Part shown: one piece after another, positions 36,106 through 47,239 of the stretch
How positions within the stretch are numbered: the first letter of the stretch is position 1
Layout of the letters: the number at the start of each line of letters is the position of its first letter
From: an uncultured Gammaproteobacteria bacterium
Lineage (GTDB): Bacteria; Patescibacteriota; Microgenomatia; Levybacterales; UBA12049
Direction: 5' to 3'
DNA length: 64,000 nt
Assembly: GCA_964637955.1 (NCBI GenBank)
Contig: CAZWXQ010000001.1
Span: 21,936-85,935 of the forward strand
Made by a program: the position numbers and the translations under genes
The notes under the pieces: generated by a model
The model's input: the letters and a program-made list of their open reading frames with translations, nothing else
Told to the model about the DNA's origin: nothing
The model's database searches: none

Positions 36106-37913
36106 AGAAAATCTGGGACATCATCATAATTGGCATTCATGATAATCGTTTCTTTAGGAATATCCAAAATAAATCTAGAGAGAGTATTTGAAGATTGTTG
36201 TCCATAAATTAGTCTTCTTTTTGAATAAGTCATAAAAAGTTTTTGTTTGGCACGTGTTATTCCGACATAACAAAGTCTTCTTTCTTCTTCAAGCTCACTT
36301 TTTTCCATAAGAGATCGTGAGTGAGGAAAAATTCCCTCTTCCATTCCTACCATAAATACGGTTGGGAATTCGAGCCCTTTTGCAGAATGGAGAGTCATAA
36401 ATGTTACGGCATTTGATTTGTCTCCGTTTATTGGGTTATCTGTAAGTTGCTCTTGTTCAACTAAGGAGATGTTTTCCAAAAATCCTGAAAGATTTGGAAA
36501 TTCTATTGCAACTGATCTAAGTTCTTTTATGTTTTCAAGTCTTCCCATATCCTCTTCTTCTTTCGGATCATAAAGAGAGAGATATCCTGTTGCTTCAAGT
36601 ACTTTATCCAAAGTTTCTATAGTGCTATTTTTATCTTTTTCAAATGTTTCCATGAATTCCATAAACTTTTTAAGTCGGGTTTTTCCAATTTTTTCCAGTC
36701 GTTTAAATGAAATATTATCTTTTTCATTATCAATAACACGAAGATATGCTAGTATGTCTTTTATTTCTTTTCTTTCATAAAAACGAGTGCCTCCTACAAG
36801 TGTATACGGCACTCCATGATGAAGAAAGACCTCTTCAATTACACGGGACTGTGCATTTGTTCTGTAAAGAACTGCAACATCCCTTGGTTCAAGGCCTAGA
36901 TTTACTATTTGAGAAATTATGAATTCAGCTTCGTTATGCTCGTTTTGGGCTTCAAAGGTGATTATTTTTTCTCCTTCTGAATTCTGCGTCCAAAGCTTAA
37001 GTACAGGATGGGAGGTGTTTTTTGAGATTACTGAGTATGCAGAATCAAGAATAATTTGGGTTGATCTATAATTTTGTGAAAGATGAAAAGTCTGAACGTT
37101 TTTAAAATCAGTTTTAAATGTAATTAGGTTTTGAAAATTTGCTCCTCGAAAACTGTAAATACTTTGTGAGAAGTCTCCAACAACACAGATATTTTTCCAT
37201 CTTTGCGAAAGCTTCTTTGTCAGCATATATTGAGCTTTATTTGTATCCTGGTATTCATCTACTAGGATATATTTATATTTTTCCTGATACTTTTTAAGGA
37301 TATCTGGATTTTTATCAAAAAGCTCAATTGTTCTTCCCATGAGGTCATCAAAGTCCACTGCGTTATTTTCTTTTAGAATCCTTTGATAAAATGGATAAAT
37401 TTTAGAAACAGTTTCTTGAAAATAACCTCGTGCCAAATTTAAATATTCAAGATCACTAATCATTTGGTTTTTTGCCTGTGAAATCGTCGAAAGAACTGAA
37501 TAAGGCTTAAAATCCTTGGTTGAAACATTTGCCCTTGCCATAGCCTCTTTTACAGCGTCAACAGAGTCTTGTGTATCATATATAGTGAACTTTTCGGAAA
37601 ATCCGATATGTTTTCCTTCGATTCTTAGAATTCTAGCGCAAATAGAATGAAAAGTGCCAATTGTAGGTTTAATGCTGTCTCCACAAAGCTTTGCAATTCT
37701 TTCTTTCATTTCAGCTGCAGCCTTATTTGTAAAAGTAACCATTAAAATATTTGTAGGATCTACGTTTTTCTTTTGGATTAAATAAATTACTTTGTAAGTT
37801 AAAACACGTGTTTTTCCACTGCCTGCACCTGCTAGAATAATCATAGGACCATCTGTAGCTTTTACTGCATTTTGTTGTTCAATATTTAGATCCTTGAGAA
37901 TATCAATTTCCAT
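36102..37913 (-). CDS. UvrD/PcrA-family ATP-dependent DNA helicase
   Basis: Walker A is GAGSGKTRVLT, with helicase motifs II-VI. Overlaps the upstream gene by 4 nt. Confidence 0.85.
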   Translation of the reverse strand: MEIDILKDLNIEQQNAVKATDGPMIILAGAGSGKTRVLTYKVIYLIQKKNVDPTNILMVTFTNKAAAEMKERIAKLCGDSIKPTIGTFHSICARILRIEGKHIGFSEKFTIYDTQDSVDAVKEAMARANVSTKDFKPYSVLSTISQAKNQMISDLEYLNLARGYFQETVSKIYPFYQRILKENNAVDFDDLMGRTIELFDKNPDILKKYQEKYKYILVDEYQDTNKAQYMLTKKLSQRWKNICVVGDFSQSIYSFRGANFQNLITFKTDFKNVQTFHLSQNYRSTQIILDSAYSVISKNTSHPVLKLWTQNSEGEKIITFEAQNEHNEAEFIISQIVNLGLEPRDVAVLYRTNAQSRVIEEVFLHHGVPYTLVGGTRFYERKEIKDILAYLRVIDNEKDNISFKRLEKIGKTRLKKFMEFMETFEKDKNSTIETLDKVLEATGYLSLYDPKEEEDMGRLENIKELRSVAIEFPNLSGFLENISLVEQEQLTDNPINGDKSNAVTFMTLHSAKGLEFPTVFMVGMEEGIFPHSRSLMEKSELEEERRLCYVGITRAKQKLFMTYSKRRLIYGQQSSNTLSRFILDIPKETIIMNANYDDVPDFL

Positions 37914-37945
37914 ACTTTATAATTAGTCTTGTCCCATTGTAACAT

Positions 37946-38611
37946 ATGAAAAAACTTATAAATGCAGCTAACTGGAAGTCTAATATGACTAAATTTGAGG
38001 CTAAAGGTTGGTTAGAAAATTTTAGCTTGCTTGATCATCCTTCGGAATCAGAAACAGTTTTATTTGCCCCTTTTACTTTATTGGATATGCTTTCAAGCTA
38101 TATAAGAATTAATGATGTATTGCCAGTTAACCTGGGAGCTCAAGATATATCCCCATTTGATAAAGGAGCTTTTACGGGAGAAATAAATGCTGATCAAATT
38201 AAAGAATTCGGAAATTTTGTATTAATTGGCCATTCGGAAAGAAGATCAAATTTTAATGAGAGTAATGATTTAATAAATAAAAAGATTGAAAAAGCTCTTA
38301 GTGCAGGACTAAGGGTTATAGTTTGTGTCTCAAACCTGGAACAAGTTAAAGCCTTAAATTCTAGTGAAATTATCATCGCATATGAACCCTTATCAGCAAT
38401 AGGAACCGGAAATGCTGAAAATCCGGAAGATGTAAAATCGTTTGTTGATAATATTAAAGAAATTAAAAATGTTAAAGTAATTTATGGAGGAAGCGTAAAG
38501 GCAGAAAATGTAAATCAGTACACCTCACTTGAAAATATAGAAGGAGTTTTGGTAGGATCAGCTAGTCTTGACGCAAATTCTTTTTCATCTCTGATAAAAA
38601 ATGCTTTTTAA
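37946..38611 (+). CDS. tpiA: Triose-phosphate isomerase
   Basis: ANWKSN, catalytic GHSERR, AYEPLSAIGTG and YGGSV. Confidence 0.85.
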   Translation: MKKLINAANWKSNMTKFEAKGWLENFSLLDHPSESETVLFAPFTLLDMLSSYIRINDVLPVNLGAQDISPFDKGAFTGEINADQIKEFGNFVLIGHSERRSNFNESNDLINKKIEKALSAGLRVIVCVSNLEQVKALNSSEIIIAYEPLSAIGTGNAENPEDVKSFVDNIKEIKNVKVIYGGSVKAENVNQYTSLENIEGVLVGSASLDANSFSSLIKNAF

Positions 38612-39707
38612 AAAAATTCTCGTATTTCTTTCACTTTTTCTGATCTTAGGTCTTGAGGTTGTGGTCAAAGGAGGATTTATTTCTCCAATTCTTTTTCAAG
38701 TTTTGTTTAATAAAAATATAGAGTTAAAGAAAACAGCAGTCGAAGATCAATCAATAAATATTTTACTTTTAGGAATTGGTGGAGGAAATCATGAAGGGCC
38801 GAAGCTCACTGATACGATTATCCTAGCTAATCTAAATTTGAAAGACAAAAAAGTTAGTTTAGTTTCACTCCCAAGAGATATCTGGTCATTTGATTTAAGA
38901 GATAGAGTCAATTCTGCATACGCACGTGGTGAGTCGAAAAAAGAAGGCGGAGGATTAGTTCTCGCAGAATCAATTGTAAGTAAAATTACAGGACAGAGCG
39001 TTAACTATGGAATCGTTATAGATTTTTCAGGGTTTACAAAATCTGTCGATCTTATGGGAGGGCTGGATATTAATGTTGATAAAGCTTTTGATGACAAACA
39101 ATATCCTATTACAGGAAACGAAAATGAACTATGTGGCCACACAGAAGAAGAAGTTAAAGAATTTACTGCAAGTAATTCTGCTGAAACAGAGCTTCCAGAT
39201 TTTTTCCCATGTCGATATGAGCACTTACGTTTTGAAAAAGGTGAACAGCATATGGATGGAGAAACAGCTCTAAAATTTGTAAGGTCTCGTCACGCATTAG
39301 GATCTGAGGGAACAGATTTTGCACGATCTCAAAGACAAGAGAAAGTAATTAAAGCATTTATGGACAAAGCATTTTCCCTCAAGATAATTGGAAATCCCAC
39401 TAAAATAATTGGTCTTTATAATACAGTTAAAGATTCGATCGATACTGATATTCCTCAAGAAGAATTTGATGATTTCATAAAATTAGGTCAAAAGTTTCAG
39501 AATGCGAAGCTCCAGAGCGTGGTAATTGATTATGGAGATGAAGAGGAAAAAAGAGGAGGATTACTTACGCATCCACCAACAAGTGAAAAATATGATTATA
39601 AGTGGACTTTGGTTCCTAGAATTGGCGAAAATGATTTTTCAGAAATTCATGAATATGTAAAATGCAGATTTACTAGAGTAGATTGTATAGTTTCAGAAAT
39701 TCCTTAA
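38601..39707 (+). CDS. LCP (LytR-Cps2A-Psr) family cell-envelope glycopolymer transferase
   Basis: N-terminal TM, then ILLLGIGGG...TDTIILANL...VSLPRDIW core. Confidence 0.8.
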   Translation: MLFKKILVFLSLFLILGLEVVVKGGFISPILFQVLFNKNIELKKTAVEDQSINILLLGIGGGNHEGPKLTDTIILANLNLKDKKVSLVSLPRDIWSFDLRDRVNSAYARGESKKEGGGLVLAESIVSKITGQSVNYGIVIDFSGFTKSVDLMGGLDINVDKAFDDKQYPITGNENELCGHTEEEVKEFTASNSAETELPDFFPCRYEHLRFEKGEQHMDGETALKFVRSRHALGSEGTDFARSQRQEKVIKAFMDKAFSLKIIGNPTKIIGLYNTVKDSIDTDIPQEEFDDFIKLGQKFQNAKLQSVVIDYGDEEEKRGGLLTHPPTSEKYDYKWTLVPRIGENDFSEIHEYVKCRFTRVDCIVSEIP

Positions 39708-41833
39708 TTTAACTTATAGATTTTTGTGTCGTTACTTTCGTAGATTAATTTTCCAAGTTTATTAAATTTTTCTTCAGAAATTTTATATTTTTCATTCTCT
39801 AAAACACCAATATAAATATAGGAGATATTATATTTATCTATAATTCCTTTTGCTAAATTCATGTCGGTTGTTTCATATAAATTTGTTATATCATTAAATC
39901 GTTTCGAAGGAGTATCATAACTTCCGCGCCACAGCCATTCATGAACTGTCCATCCTAGAACTGTAGGAAGTCCTGTATTTGCAGATATTCTAGCAAAGTC
40001 AGTGTATGAATCTCCCTGAGCCTCTAAGATAACTGGTTGTCCTCCAATAGTATTATTAATAAATTTAATTGCTTTATAATCTTCAGGCTTGATAACTTCA
40101 AGATATTTTAATCCATCAAGTCCTTTGTATGTCTTTAGATTTCCGTATCCTGAAGGGATTGCAAAATAAGGATAAATTGAAACTAAGAAAAGTAATATTA
40201 CTCCCCAAAATATGAAAATTGCATATCCAATTTTCCCAAGTGAACTTTTTGCTCCATTTTCCCTGAGAGAAGATAGGACTCTAATGATTGTATAAACGCT
40301 TGAAATGGAAAGCATTATAAATGCCTGATAGGATAGTTTAAACATGGTGTTAGCTCTAAAATGTCCTGTGTATATATCTTTTAGATAGATTATTTCAGGA
40401 GCCAAAATGAGGAGTAGTGAAAATAACGAAATTGTAAGTATGAAATAATCTGAAATTATTAATTTTTTTCTAAGTAGAAAAATCATGAGAGAAATTACCA
40501 TAAAAATAAAAAAACCATAAAGAATAAATAAAGTCCAAATTGGAGAAATTTGACAGAAATCTTTCTCAAAAATTAACGGCCCTATCTTTCCAATCTTAAT
40601 TAAAAAATTTGGAGAACAATTTAATCCAATTCCAGAAGCAAAAGGAGCAAAATTTTTATTGAACATAAAAGAAAATACAAAAAAAGATACCACTAGAAGC
40701 AAGACTGGTTTGATCGATTTGAGAGCGGAATTTATAAATTTTCTCACAACTTTCCCATTTTGATTTAGTAAATTTATTAAGAAAATAAAAATAAAACTTA
40801 ATCCCAGATAGATTAGTCCATCCCAAGCGTTTGTCATATAGGCTATGGAGAGTAAAAACGATAATAAAAGAGTTACTGAATATGAAACTTTTTTATTAAA
40901 GATTAAAACTAAGAATAAGCTAATCATAGTAAGGACTACAGGTATATCTAGGACATGTCCATGAAGATCTGCTACCACAAATGAATACAGAGGAAATTCA
41001 TGAATAGTATGATAAATAAATCTGGTGGCGCTTGGATACCAATAAGAATTTGGAAAAGTTGCAAGAGATAGTTTTAAATCCCAAAGAGGCTTTGGATATT
41101 CGGACTCATAATGAGCAAAGATTGAATATAGTGTTTGCAAATTTCCGGCAAATGAAACTACATATGCGAAGAAAAGACCTAAAATAAATGATTTTTTAAT
41201 TGAAAACTTTTTAATTTTATCGATAAGATTTATTCCAATTGAAAATGACATTGAAAAAGTAAATGCAAAAATTGTTGCAAGCATCAGGTTAAATGAAATT
41301 AAGGATGGAATACTGGAAATTTTTGTTGCAACTGCGGTAAACAAATGACCAAAGTAATAATAATTAATTGATAGTGGCGTTAGCCACATATCTCGTGGAG
41401 GAAAATATTCAGATCTTAAAATAGAGTTGATAAATCCAAAGTCCATATATTTTTCTAGATCATGAATGTCAGGATTAAATCCTTTAATATATGACCACAA
41501 GAAAAGTGCAAGAAGAAAAATAATTTCTTCAATGATAAAAAATTTAATATCTCTTTTATTAATTATTTTTTTATTTTTAATTAATAATATTTGTGGTATT
41601 AAAAGCACGATCCAAACAAGTAAGATATTTAATTGATTAAATTTGAGTATATGAAGTGAGCCGAGAATAAAAACTGAATATGAAATAATAAGTAAGCCAA
41701 TAACTTTTGAGAAAATATAACCTTTATCTAAGAAGTTTGAAAAAATCTTAGTGGTAAGAGGTAGAAAACTAATACCAATTAGCAGAAAGACTGCCCACCA
41801 TTTGAATACAAAAATAATCTCTAATCCTGTCAT
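39704..41833 (-). CDS. Large polytopic membrane protein, DUF2298/GT-C-like, with a C-terminal soluble domain
   Basis: ~13 TM helices followed by ~180 aa that are non-membrane. Overlaps its neighbours by 4 nt. Confidence 0.5.
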   Translation of the reverse strand: MTGLEIIFVFKWWAVFLLIGISFLPLTTKIFSNFLDKGYIFSKVIGLLIISYSVFILGSLHILKFNQLNILLVWIVLLIPQILLIKNKKIINKRDIKFFIIEEIIFLLALFLWSYIKGFNPDIHDLEKYMDFGFINSILRSEYFPPRDMWLTPLSINYYYFGHLFTAVATKISSIPSLISFNLMLATIFAFTFSMSFSIGINLIDKIKKFSIKKSFILGLFFAYVVSFAGNLQTLYSIFAHYESEYPKPLWDLKLSLATFPNSYWYPSATRFIYHTIHEFPLYSFVVADLHGHVLDIPVVLTMISLFLVLIFNKKVSYSVTLLLSFLLSIAYMTNAWDGLIYLGLSFIFIFLINLLNQNGKVVRKFINSALKSIKPVLLLVVSFFVFSFMFNKNFAPFASGIGLNCSPNFLIKIGKIGPLIFEKDFCQISPIWTLFILYGFFIFMVISLMIFLLRKKLIISDYFILTISLFSLLLILAPEIIYLKDIYTGHFRANTMFKLSYQAFIMLSISSVYTIIRVLSSLRENGAKSSLGKIGYAIFIFWGVILLFLVSIYPYFAIPSGYGNLKTYKGLDGLKYLEVIKPEDYKAIKFINNTIGGQPVILEAQGDSYTDFARISANTGLPTVLGWTVHEWLWRGSYDTPSKRFNDITNLYETTDMNLAKGIIDKYNISYIYIGVLENEKYKISEEKFNKLGKLIYESNDTKIYKLN

Positions 41834-43095
41834 AATTTAATAAATAATTTTATATTTCTTCTAATATCTGGAACTAGTACTATACCTGTAAGAATTAAAA
41901 TTGGCAAGATTTGTAAAAGTGAAACCATTTTCCAAGTTGTAAAAGTAGGATCTACGCCTAGCACTTTATCGCTAATAATTCCAATGTTTAATAATCTAAA
42001 GATGAAGAAAGTATTTGGAAGGCTGATTATTAAAATTAAAATTCTAGAAATTCTAGATTGAAATTCAACAAGCGTTAAAAGACAAATTGCCAAAACAGGA
42101 CCAAGAACACTAAAGTGATATTGAAAAATCAGATCATAAAAAAATAAGAAATAAACTACTAGTAGGAAAATCGATTTTTCAATTTTTATTTTTTTATCAA
42201 ATGATAAGATATAAATTGAAATAAGTGATAATATTTTTAAAATCCGTATTTGATTGATTGAAAAGCCAAAGCCGTTCCTGAGTAGGGCATCAAGAGAAAG
42301 AAAATCAATTCCTTTGGTAGCTATTGGAGTAAGTAGGTGATAAAAAATATTATTCGTATAATAATCGCCTAAACCTAAAAGATTAAAAGTAAGAGTTGAA
42401 ATTAAAAATATAGAAAGACCAATAATCGCAAGTTTTTTTTCTTTTTTAATTATTAAAACAGGAAGAAAGAGAAGACTAACTGGTTTCGCAATAAGAGTTA
42501 TAAAATAGAAAATTCCACCCTCAAGCTTGCTCTTATGTTTAGTCAAGTTAATTAAGAAAAATAAAATAAAAATATTAAATAAGAACTGAAACTGAGAGAT
42601 TTTTATTTCATTATATTGAGAAAAGAAAATAAGAAAGATAAAGATTGCAAAAGCTAAATATTTATTTTCTATAAAATTTTTATATATATAGAAAACACTG
42701 AATAGAGATATGAATATTTTAAAAATAATCCAGGCATTTATAGAAATTTCAGGATTAGTTAGAATTAATGCCCCGCCTAATATTATGGTTAAGAGTGGAT
42801 GGTAGACATTTAAATTTGTAACATAGTTTTTCGCATATGGTTCAAATCCATTCAGTAGCGTGCCATCTAATCCTCCGCCATTTATAAATGCATATGCTCC
42901 ATTAGGAATTTGATAAAAATCTAATCCTTGGCAACAGTGATGAATTGAGCTACCAAAAAAGAAAAAATCTAAAAAATGTGTTGAGAGAGCAGAAATATTA
43001 AATAAAAAATAAATTATAAATCCCAAAATTACAAGCTTACTTTTTATTACGTAATAAATAAATCTGTTAAGTTCAGACATAAAATTTAATAACAA
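41830..43095 (-). CDS. Polytopic membrane protein (GT-C/DUF2029-like, hypothetical)
   Basis: 421 aa with >10 TM segments. Operonic overlaps. Confidence 0.45.
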   Translation of the reverse strand: MLLNFMSELNRFIYYVIKSKLVILGFIIYFLFNISALSTHFLDFFFFGSSIHHCCQGLDFYQIPNGAYAFINGGGLDGTLLNGFEPYAKNYVTNLNVYHPLLTIILGGALILTNPEISINAWIIFKIFISLFSVFYIYKNFIENKYLAFAIFIFLIFFSQYNEIKISQFQFLFNIFILFFLINLTKHKSKLEGGIFYFITLIAKPVSLLFLPVLIIKKEKKLAIIGLSIFLISTLTFNLLGLGDYYTNNIFYHLLTPIATKGIDFLSLDALLRNGFGFSINQIRILKILSLISIYILSFDKKIKIEKSIFLLVVYFLFFYDLIFQYHFSVLGPVLAICLLTLVEFQSRISRILILIISLPNTFFIFRLLNIGIISDKVLGVDPTFTTWKMVSLLQILPILILTGIVLVPDIRRNIKLFIKL

Positions 43096-44723
43096 TTATC
43101 AGCAGTTTTATATATTGTATATTTTTCATCAGGATTATTATAAATCGAAGTAAATTCGTTTTCCCACAATGAAGATATTGGAGGCAAGTCAGGATTTGGT
43201 GTATTTTCAATTTTAATTTCTATATAATCTAAATTATTTAATTTTAGTAAATTGCATGCCTGAAATTTATTATTTGATCCCAAAATTTCTTTTAGCACAT
43301 CCCCTCTTTTATAGGTATCATAGCCTTGTGACCATGCAAAATATGGCCATCCAAAGAAAACTTTCCTGCCTGCAAGTGAAGGTGGATCATATAGATAAAT
43401 AGTATTTAAAAATGTTGCATTTTTTGGAGTATTGTTTAAAATCCAGGCAGCATTTGGGTTTGATCTCACATCATGAATTGTAATTTTATGATCATTTAAG
43501 AGAGGAAAAAAATCTATAATCCCACCAAAGATCATAAAAAAAGCAAAAATTATTGCTACAGGTTTTAGTAAATTATTTTTTTTCCAAATTAAATAAATTG
43601 CAAAGGCACAATACATATTTGTAATCAACGCAAAAAAATTGAAGAACTTATGATTTGCAGCAATTTCTGGAGAGAATTGAATTAAATTACCTATAATAAA
43701 AAGTGGGATAAAAGAAATTAGAAATTTCTTTTGATTTCTATTGGCTAAAATAAATCCAATTGGAATTAGAAAAAATGAAATCCCCAAATTATAAATCCAA
43801 AACTGTGTGAATTTAAAATAAGTAAATTCATTTGCAACTAAATATCCTGGATGAAAAAACATCTTAAAACCTTCTGAAGAATTTAAGTACATATATTGAG
43901 GAAATGCGATTATCGCTGTGATTATTAATAATAAAATTGAATATTTTCTAATCTGTTTAAATAAAATGGCTAAAAAGAATATTGTTGAAGCGGTCATGAT
44001 AAATACTGCCATGTGAAGAAAAAAAGAAAGTCCGAGTAAAATTCCTAGAATAATAAAAACTTTTATTTCAGGTCGTTCTTTTTTAAATATCGGTTTTAAT
44101 ATCAAATAAATTATGAGCAAAGATAATCCAAAAGAAACTGCTAGATGTCTTTGATTTGTATAAATATTAAGATTCCAAAAAGCGGAAACAATACCTTTAT
44201 CATAAGGAGCAAATGATTGGAAATTATCAATAAGTGGAATATTCTCAATTGAATTTAGGGTAAGTGGATTGTTTTTGAAGTAATAATAGTATGAAATTGA
44301 GGAATTAAAAATAAAAAATATCACACTTAATAATCCTACTAATCTTGATTTAAATACAGTTTTTGCTAATATAAAGATCATAAAGCATAGAAAAATAAAT
44401 CCTAAAATTGATGGTATATTTAATGCTAAATCAATTGGAAGTCCAAATTTTTCAAGCAGCCCTACTCCAAAATAAAATAAAAAATGATATTTAATTGCTT
44501 CACCCGAAAAAAGAGGATACTCTGGAGGAAAGTTTACTCCATAAGAAAATGATCTGATAAGTGGAATGTGACTTGCGAAATCACTCCATGATTTTGTCGA
44601 GATCATAAGTGAATCATTTTCTTTCGAAAAAGAAGAGAACATTAAGAAGCTTCCAATAATTAGGCCAATTAAGATTACAAGGATTTCAAAGTAATGTTTG
44701 CGGAAAAATTCATTAATTCTCAC
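43086..44723 (-). CDS. Polytopic membrane protein, GT-C-like (ArnT/PMT-like topology) with a C-terminal periplasmic domain
   Basis: ~12 TM helices plus a ~120-aa C-terminal soluble region. Confidence 0.45.
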   Translation of the reverse strand: MRINEFFRKHYFEILVILIGLIIGSFLMFSSFSKENDSLMISTKSWSDFASHIPLIRSFSYGVNFPPEYPLFSGEAIKYHFLFYFGVGLLEKFGLPIDLALNIPSILGFIFLCFMIFILAKTVFKSRLVGLLSVIFFIFNSSISYYYYFKNNPLTLNSIENIPLIDNFQSFAPYDKGIVSAFWNLNIYTNQRHLAVSFGLSLLIIYLILKPIFKKERPEIKVFIILGILLGLSFFLHMAVFIMTASTIFFLAILFKQIRKYSILLLIITAIIAFPQYMYLNSSEGFKMFFHPGYLVANEFTYFKFTQFWIYNLGISFFLIPIGFILANRNQKKFLISFIPLFIIGNLIQFSPEIAANHKFFNFFALITNMYCAFAIYLIWKKNNLLKPVAIIFAFFMIFGGIIDFFPLLNDHKITIHDVRSNPNAAWILNNTPKNATFLNTIYLYDPPSLAGRKVFFGWPYFAWSQGYDTYKRGDVLKEILGSNNKFQACNLLKLNNLDYIEIKIENTPNPDLPPISSLWENEFTSIYNNPDEKYTIYKTADNCY

Positions 44724-46002
44724 TTAGAATATAATCCGTTATTTTTTCTCCTAATTCAACTGCGTAATTTGTGCCCCTATCCCATGGATAAACCTGTTCA
44801 ATATTTGCCAAATAAATATTTTTAAATGGAGTTTTCATTGGTGGAATCATCTTGGAATAGTTGGTAGGAATAATTGGTTGAGCAAATGGTGCTTTAAACA
44901 ATTCATAGTTAAGTAAAGTTTTTTTATAATTTGGATTTATCTTTTTAAGAAAAGGGTCAAAAAGTTTTAAAACCTCATCTTTATTCATTGCAAATCTTTC
45001 AGATGATGGATCCAGATAATTTCCAAGATAAACTAAAAATTCATTATTATAGTGTTTTTTATCCATAAAATTAGTATGTTCGACAATTGCCATTATGGGA
45101 GATTTTGGGTCGCAAACGCTTACCCAATAGGTTCCGTCTCCAAAAAACGATTTATTTAATCTTAGAACCAAATTTGTAGCACCAATTCCTCGAAGTTTTG
45201 AAAATTTTTGCTTATAACTTTGTGGAAGATCCTTGGTGATATTTAGAAATAAAAATGATGGCAGAGTGAAGATCACTTTATCAAATTCATATTCTAATAC
45301 TTTTTTTCCTTCTTTAATTTTTACACTTACTTTTTTATTCTTTATTTCTTTAACTTCAATTACCTCAGAGTTAAATTTTACCGTTCCATCTTTTTTCTCA
45401 ATCTCCTTTACCAAATGATTTGCAAAATTTAAAAACCCACCTTCAGGATAAGCAAGGGAAGGTGTTCTCTTGACAATTCTTGCCCAAAACCATGCAAGTG
45501 AAATATCATTTGCATATGGACCAAATTTGTTTTTAAAAAGTGGTTCCCAAATCATTTCATATCCTTTTCGTCCAATTGTCCTCGGTAGAAATTTTGTAGC
45601 ATTAAATTTTTCAAGAGGTTTCCAGAAGGGATCAAATTTTATAAGTCCAATCACTACACCCATTCGGAGTCTATCAATTACAGATAATTTGGGGAACATC
45701 AAAACTTCTTTGGGAGAGTCAAATTGATATATTTTTTCATCGACATATACAGAAGTCTTAGGTCTCTTTATAATTACTTTGTGGTTGATTTTTTTTGCTA
45801 AATCTAAAACAGATTTGTCATTCGTGAACCAGTGATGATAATGCTTCTCGAGAGTCCAATCCCATTTCTTATCAGTAAATCCAAGTGCGAGCCCTCCTGG
45901 TATTTCATCTCTCTCAAAAACAAATACTTCATGACCTTTATTTGCTAAGTTATATCCTGCAGAAAGCCCTGTAAATCCGGCACCAATAATACCTATTTTC
46001 AT
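44713..46002 (-). CDS. Rossmann-type FAD/NAD(P)-dependent oxidoreductase (amine-oxidase/PPO/UGM-like fold)
   Basis: N-terminal dinucleotide-binding motif MKIGIIGAGFTGLSAGYNLANKGHEVFVFE...GG. Confidence 0.7.
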   Translation of the reverse strand: MKIGIIGAGFTGLSAGYNLANKGHEVFVFERDEIPGGLALGFTDKKWDWTLEKHYHHWFTNDKSVLDLAKKINHKVIIKRPKTSVYVDEKIYQFDSPKEVLMFPKLSVIDRLRMGVVIGLIKFDPFWKPLEKFNATKFLPRTIGRKGYEMIWEPLFKNKFGPYANDISLAWFWARIVKRTPSLAYPEGGFLNFANHLVKEIEKKDGTVKFNSEVIEVKEIKNKKVSVKIKEGKKVLEYEFDKVIFTLPSFLFLNITKDLPQSYKQKFSKLRGIGATNLVLRLNKSFFGDGTYWVSVCDPKSPIMAIVEHTNFMDKKHYNNEFLVYLGNYLDPSSERFAMNKDEVLKLFDPFLKKINPNYKKTLLNYELFKAPFAQPIIPTNYSKMIPPMKTPFKNIYLANIEQVYPWDRGTNYAVELGEKITDYILSEN

Positions 46003-46073
46003 ATTTATAAATTTAATCTTAGTTGTTTATCATCAGTAATTATAGCAAAATAAATTTATAACATTACTGTCTT

Positions 46074-46934
46074 TTATAAATTTATAGGAGTTGTATTTTT
46101 TATTGATTGACCCGAAGATTTAGTTTTAAGTTTAGAGGAAAATTCAGGAAATTTTGCATTATCCCTCGTATCTTTTGGTGAATTATCGTTTATTTCAGAG
46201 AAATCATAATTATTTGAAATCGTAATTATTGGTATGTCAGATAATAAATCAGTGGAAAGTTGGATTTTTGAATTTTGATTTTCTGCAAAAATATCTATAT
46301 TTACCGGCATATTTTCGCCAAATTCATACAAGCTTTCTAAATCAAAATTCTTTAAATTATTTAGTTGAATAGCATAGGATCCAGTATCATCGATAAGCGT
46401 TGATAAAATTTGAGCTCCGCTTATTTTAATTACGACTATTCCATCTTTAGGAACTAGGCCATCAGAAGTAATTACTTTGCCAGAGATTAGATTTTGAATA
46501 TTCGATATCTCCCCAAATGTAGAAGAAGTCTTTGTCACATAAGGATCATCGTTATTTGAGTATGTTTTATTTCCCGAAGTAATTGTGTAGTAATACCTAG
46601 AGTCAGGTTTTAAATTATCAACAGTGATCATGTGAGTTTGATGTTTGCCAACTGATCCAGATTCTTTATCTCTATTGTCAATATTTTTTATGTTTAGATT
46701 TTTTGGATTCTCTCCGGAATTTATCGTCCCAATTACTTCGTCATCTGTGGTATAGGTTATGGTAAAGCCCGTATCTGAAATATTTGAAACTTCAATATTT
46801 TTGGGCGTTTGGCCAGGTCCTGCATTAACTTGAAGAGAATTTCCTCCTTTAATTAAAAAAGTCGTAGCTATTATTCCAGTTGTGATTACTAGAACTGCTA
46901 AGATTGAGGGAATTTTTCTATCTAAGAGTCTCAT
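46074..46934 (-). CDS. Membrane-anchored protein with an FN3-like domain and a carboxypeptidase-regulatory-like beta domain
   Basis: TM anchor, an FN3 pattern (NISDTGFTITYTTDD...RYYYTI), and ISGKVITSDGLVPKDGIVVIKISG...TGSYAI. Confidence 0.5.
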   Translation of the reverse strand: MRLLDRKIPSILAVLVITTGIIATTFLIKGGNSLQVNAGPGQTPKNIEVSNISDTGFTITYTTDDEVIGTINSGENPKNLNIKNIDNRDKESGSVGKHQTHMITVDNLKPDSRYYYTITSGNKTYSNNDDPYVTKTSSTFGEISNIQNLISGKVITSDGLVPKDGIVVIKISGAQILSTLIDDTGSYAIQLNNLKNFDLESLYEFGENMPVNIDIFAENQNSKIQLSTDLLSDIPIITISNNYDFSEINDNSPKDTRDNAKFPEFSSKLKTKSSGQSIKNTTPINL

Positions 46935-46935
46935 G

Positions 46936-47238
46936 TTATTGGTTTTCCTCTAGAGTGATATCTATATTGGCAGAATCACTAGCCTCACCTTGATTAATAT
47001 TTGATTCAGAAGAAGTTGCATCATTAACTAATATTCCATTTGCGGGATTAACTCTTTTTCTTTCTTTAACCTCCGAAATTGTTTTACTATCAAAGTTTCC
47101 TTTAATTGGAATTATTTGATAGGTTAGGGGATCTGTGATCGTAGATGAAACATAGTTATGGTATACATTAAAAACTACCCAACAAATTGTAAGTATAAAA
47201 ACTGGAATAAGTAAAATTGTAATTTGTCTTTGTTTCAT
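46936..47238 (-). CDS. Small membrane-anchored protein (possible pilus assembly accessory)
   Basis: 100 aa with an N-terminal TM. Lies in the operon between the FN3 protein and pilO. Confidence 0.4.
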   Translation of the reverse strand: MKQRQITILLIPVFILTICWVVFNVYHNYVSSTITDPLTYQIIPIKGNFDSKTISEVKERKRVNPANGILVNDATSSESNINQGEASDSANIDITLEENQ

Positions 47239-47239
47239 T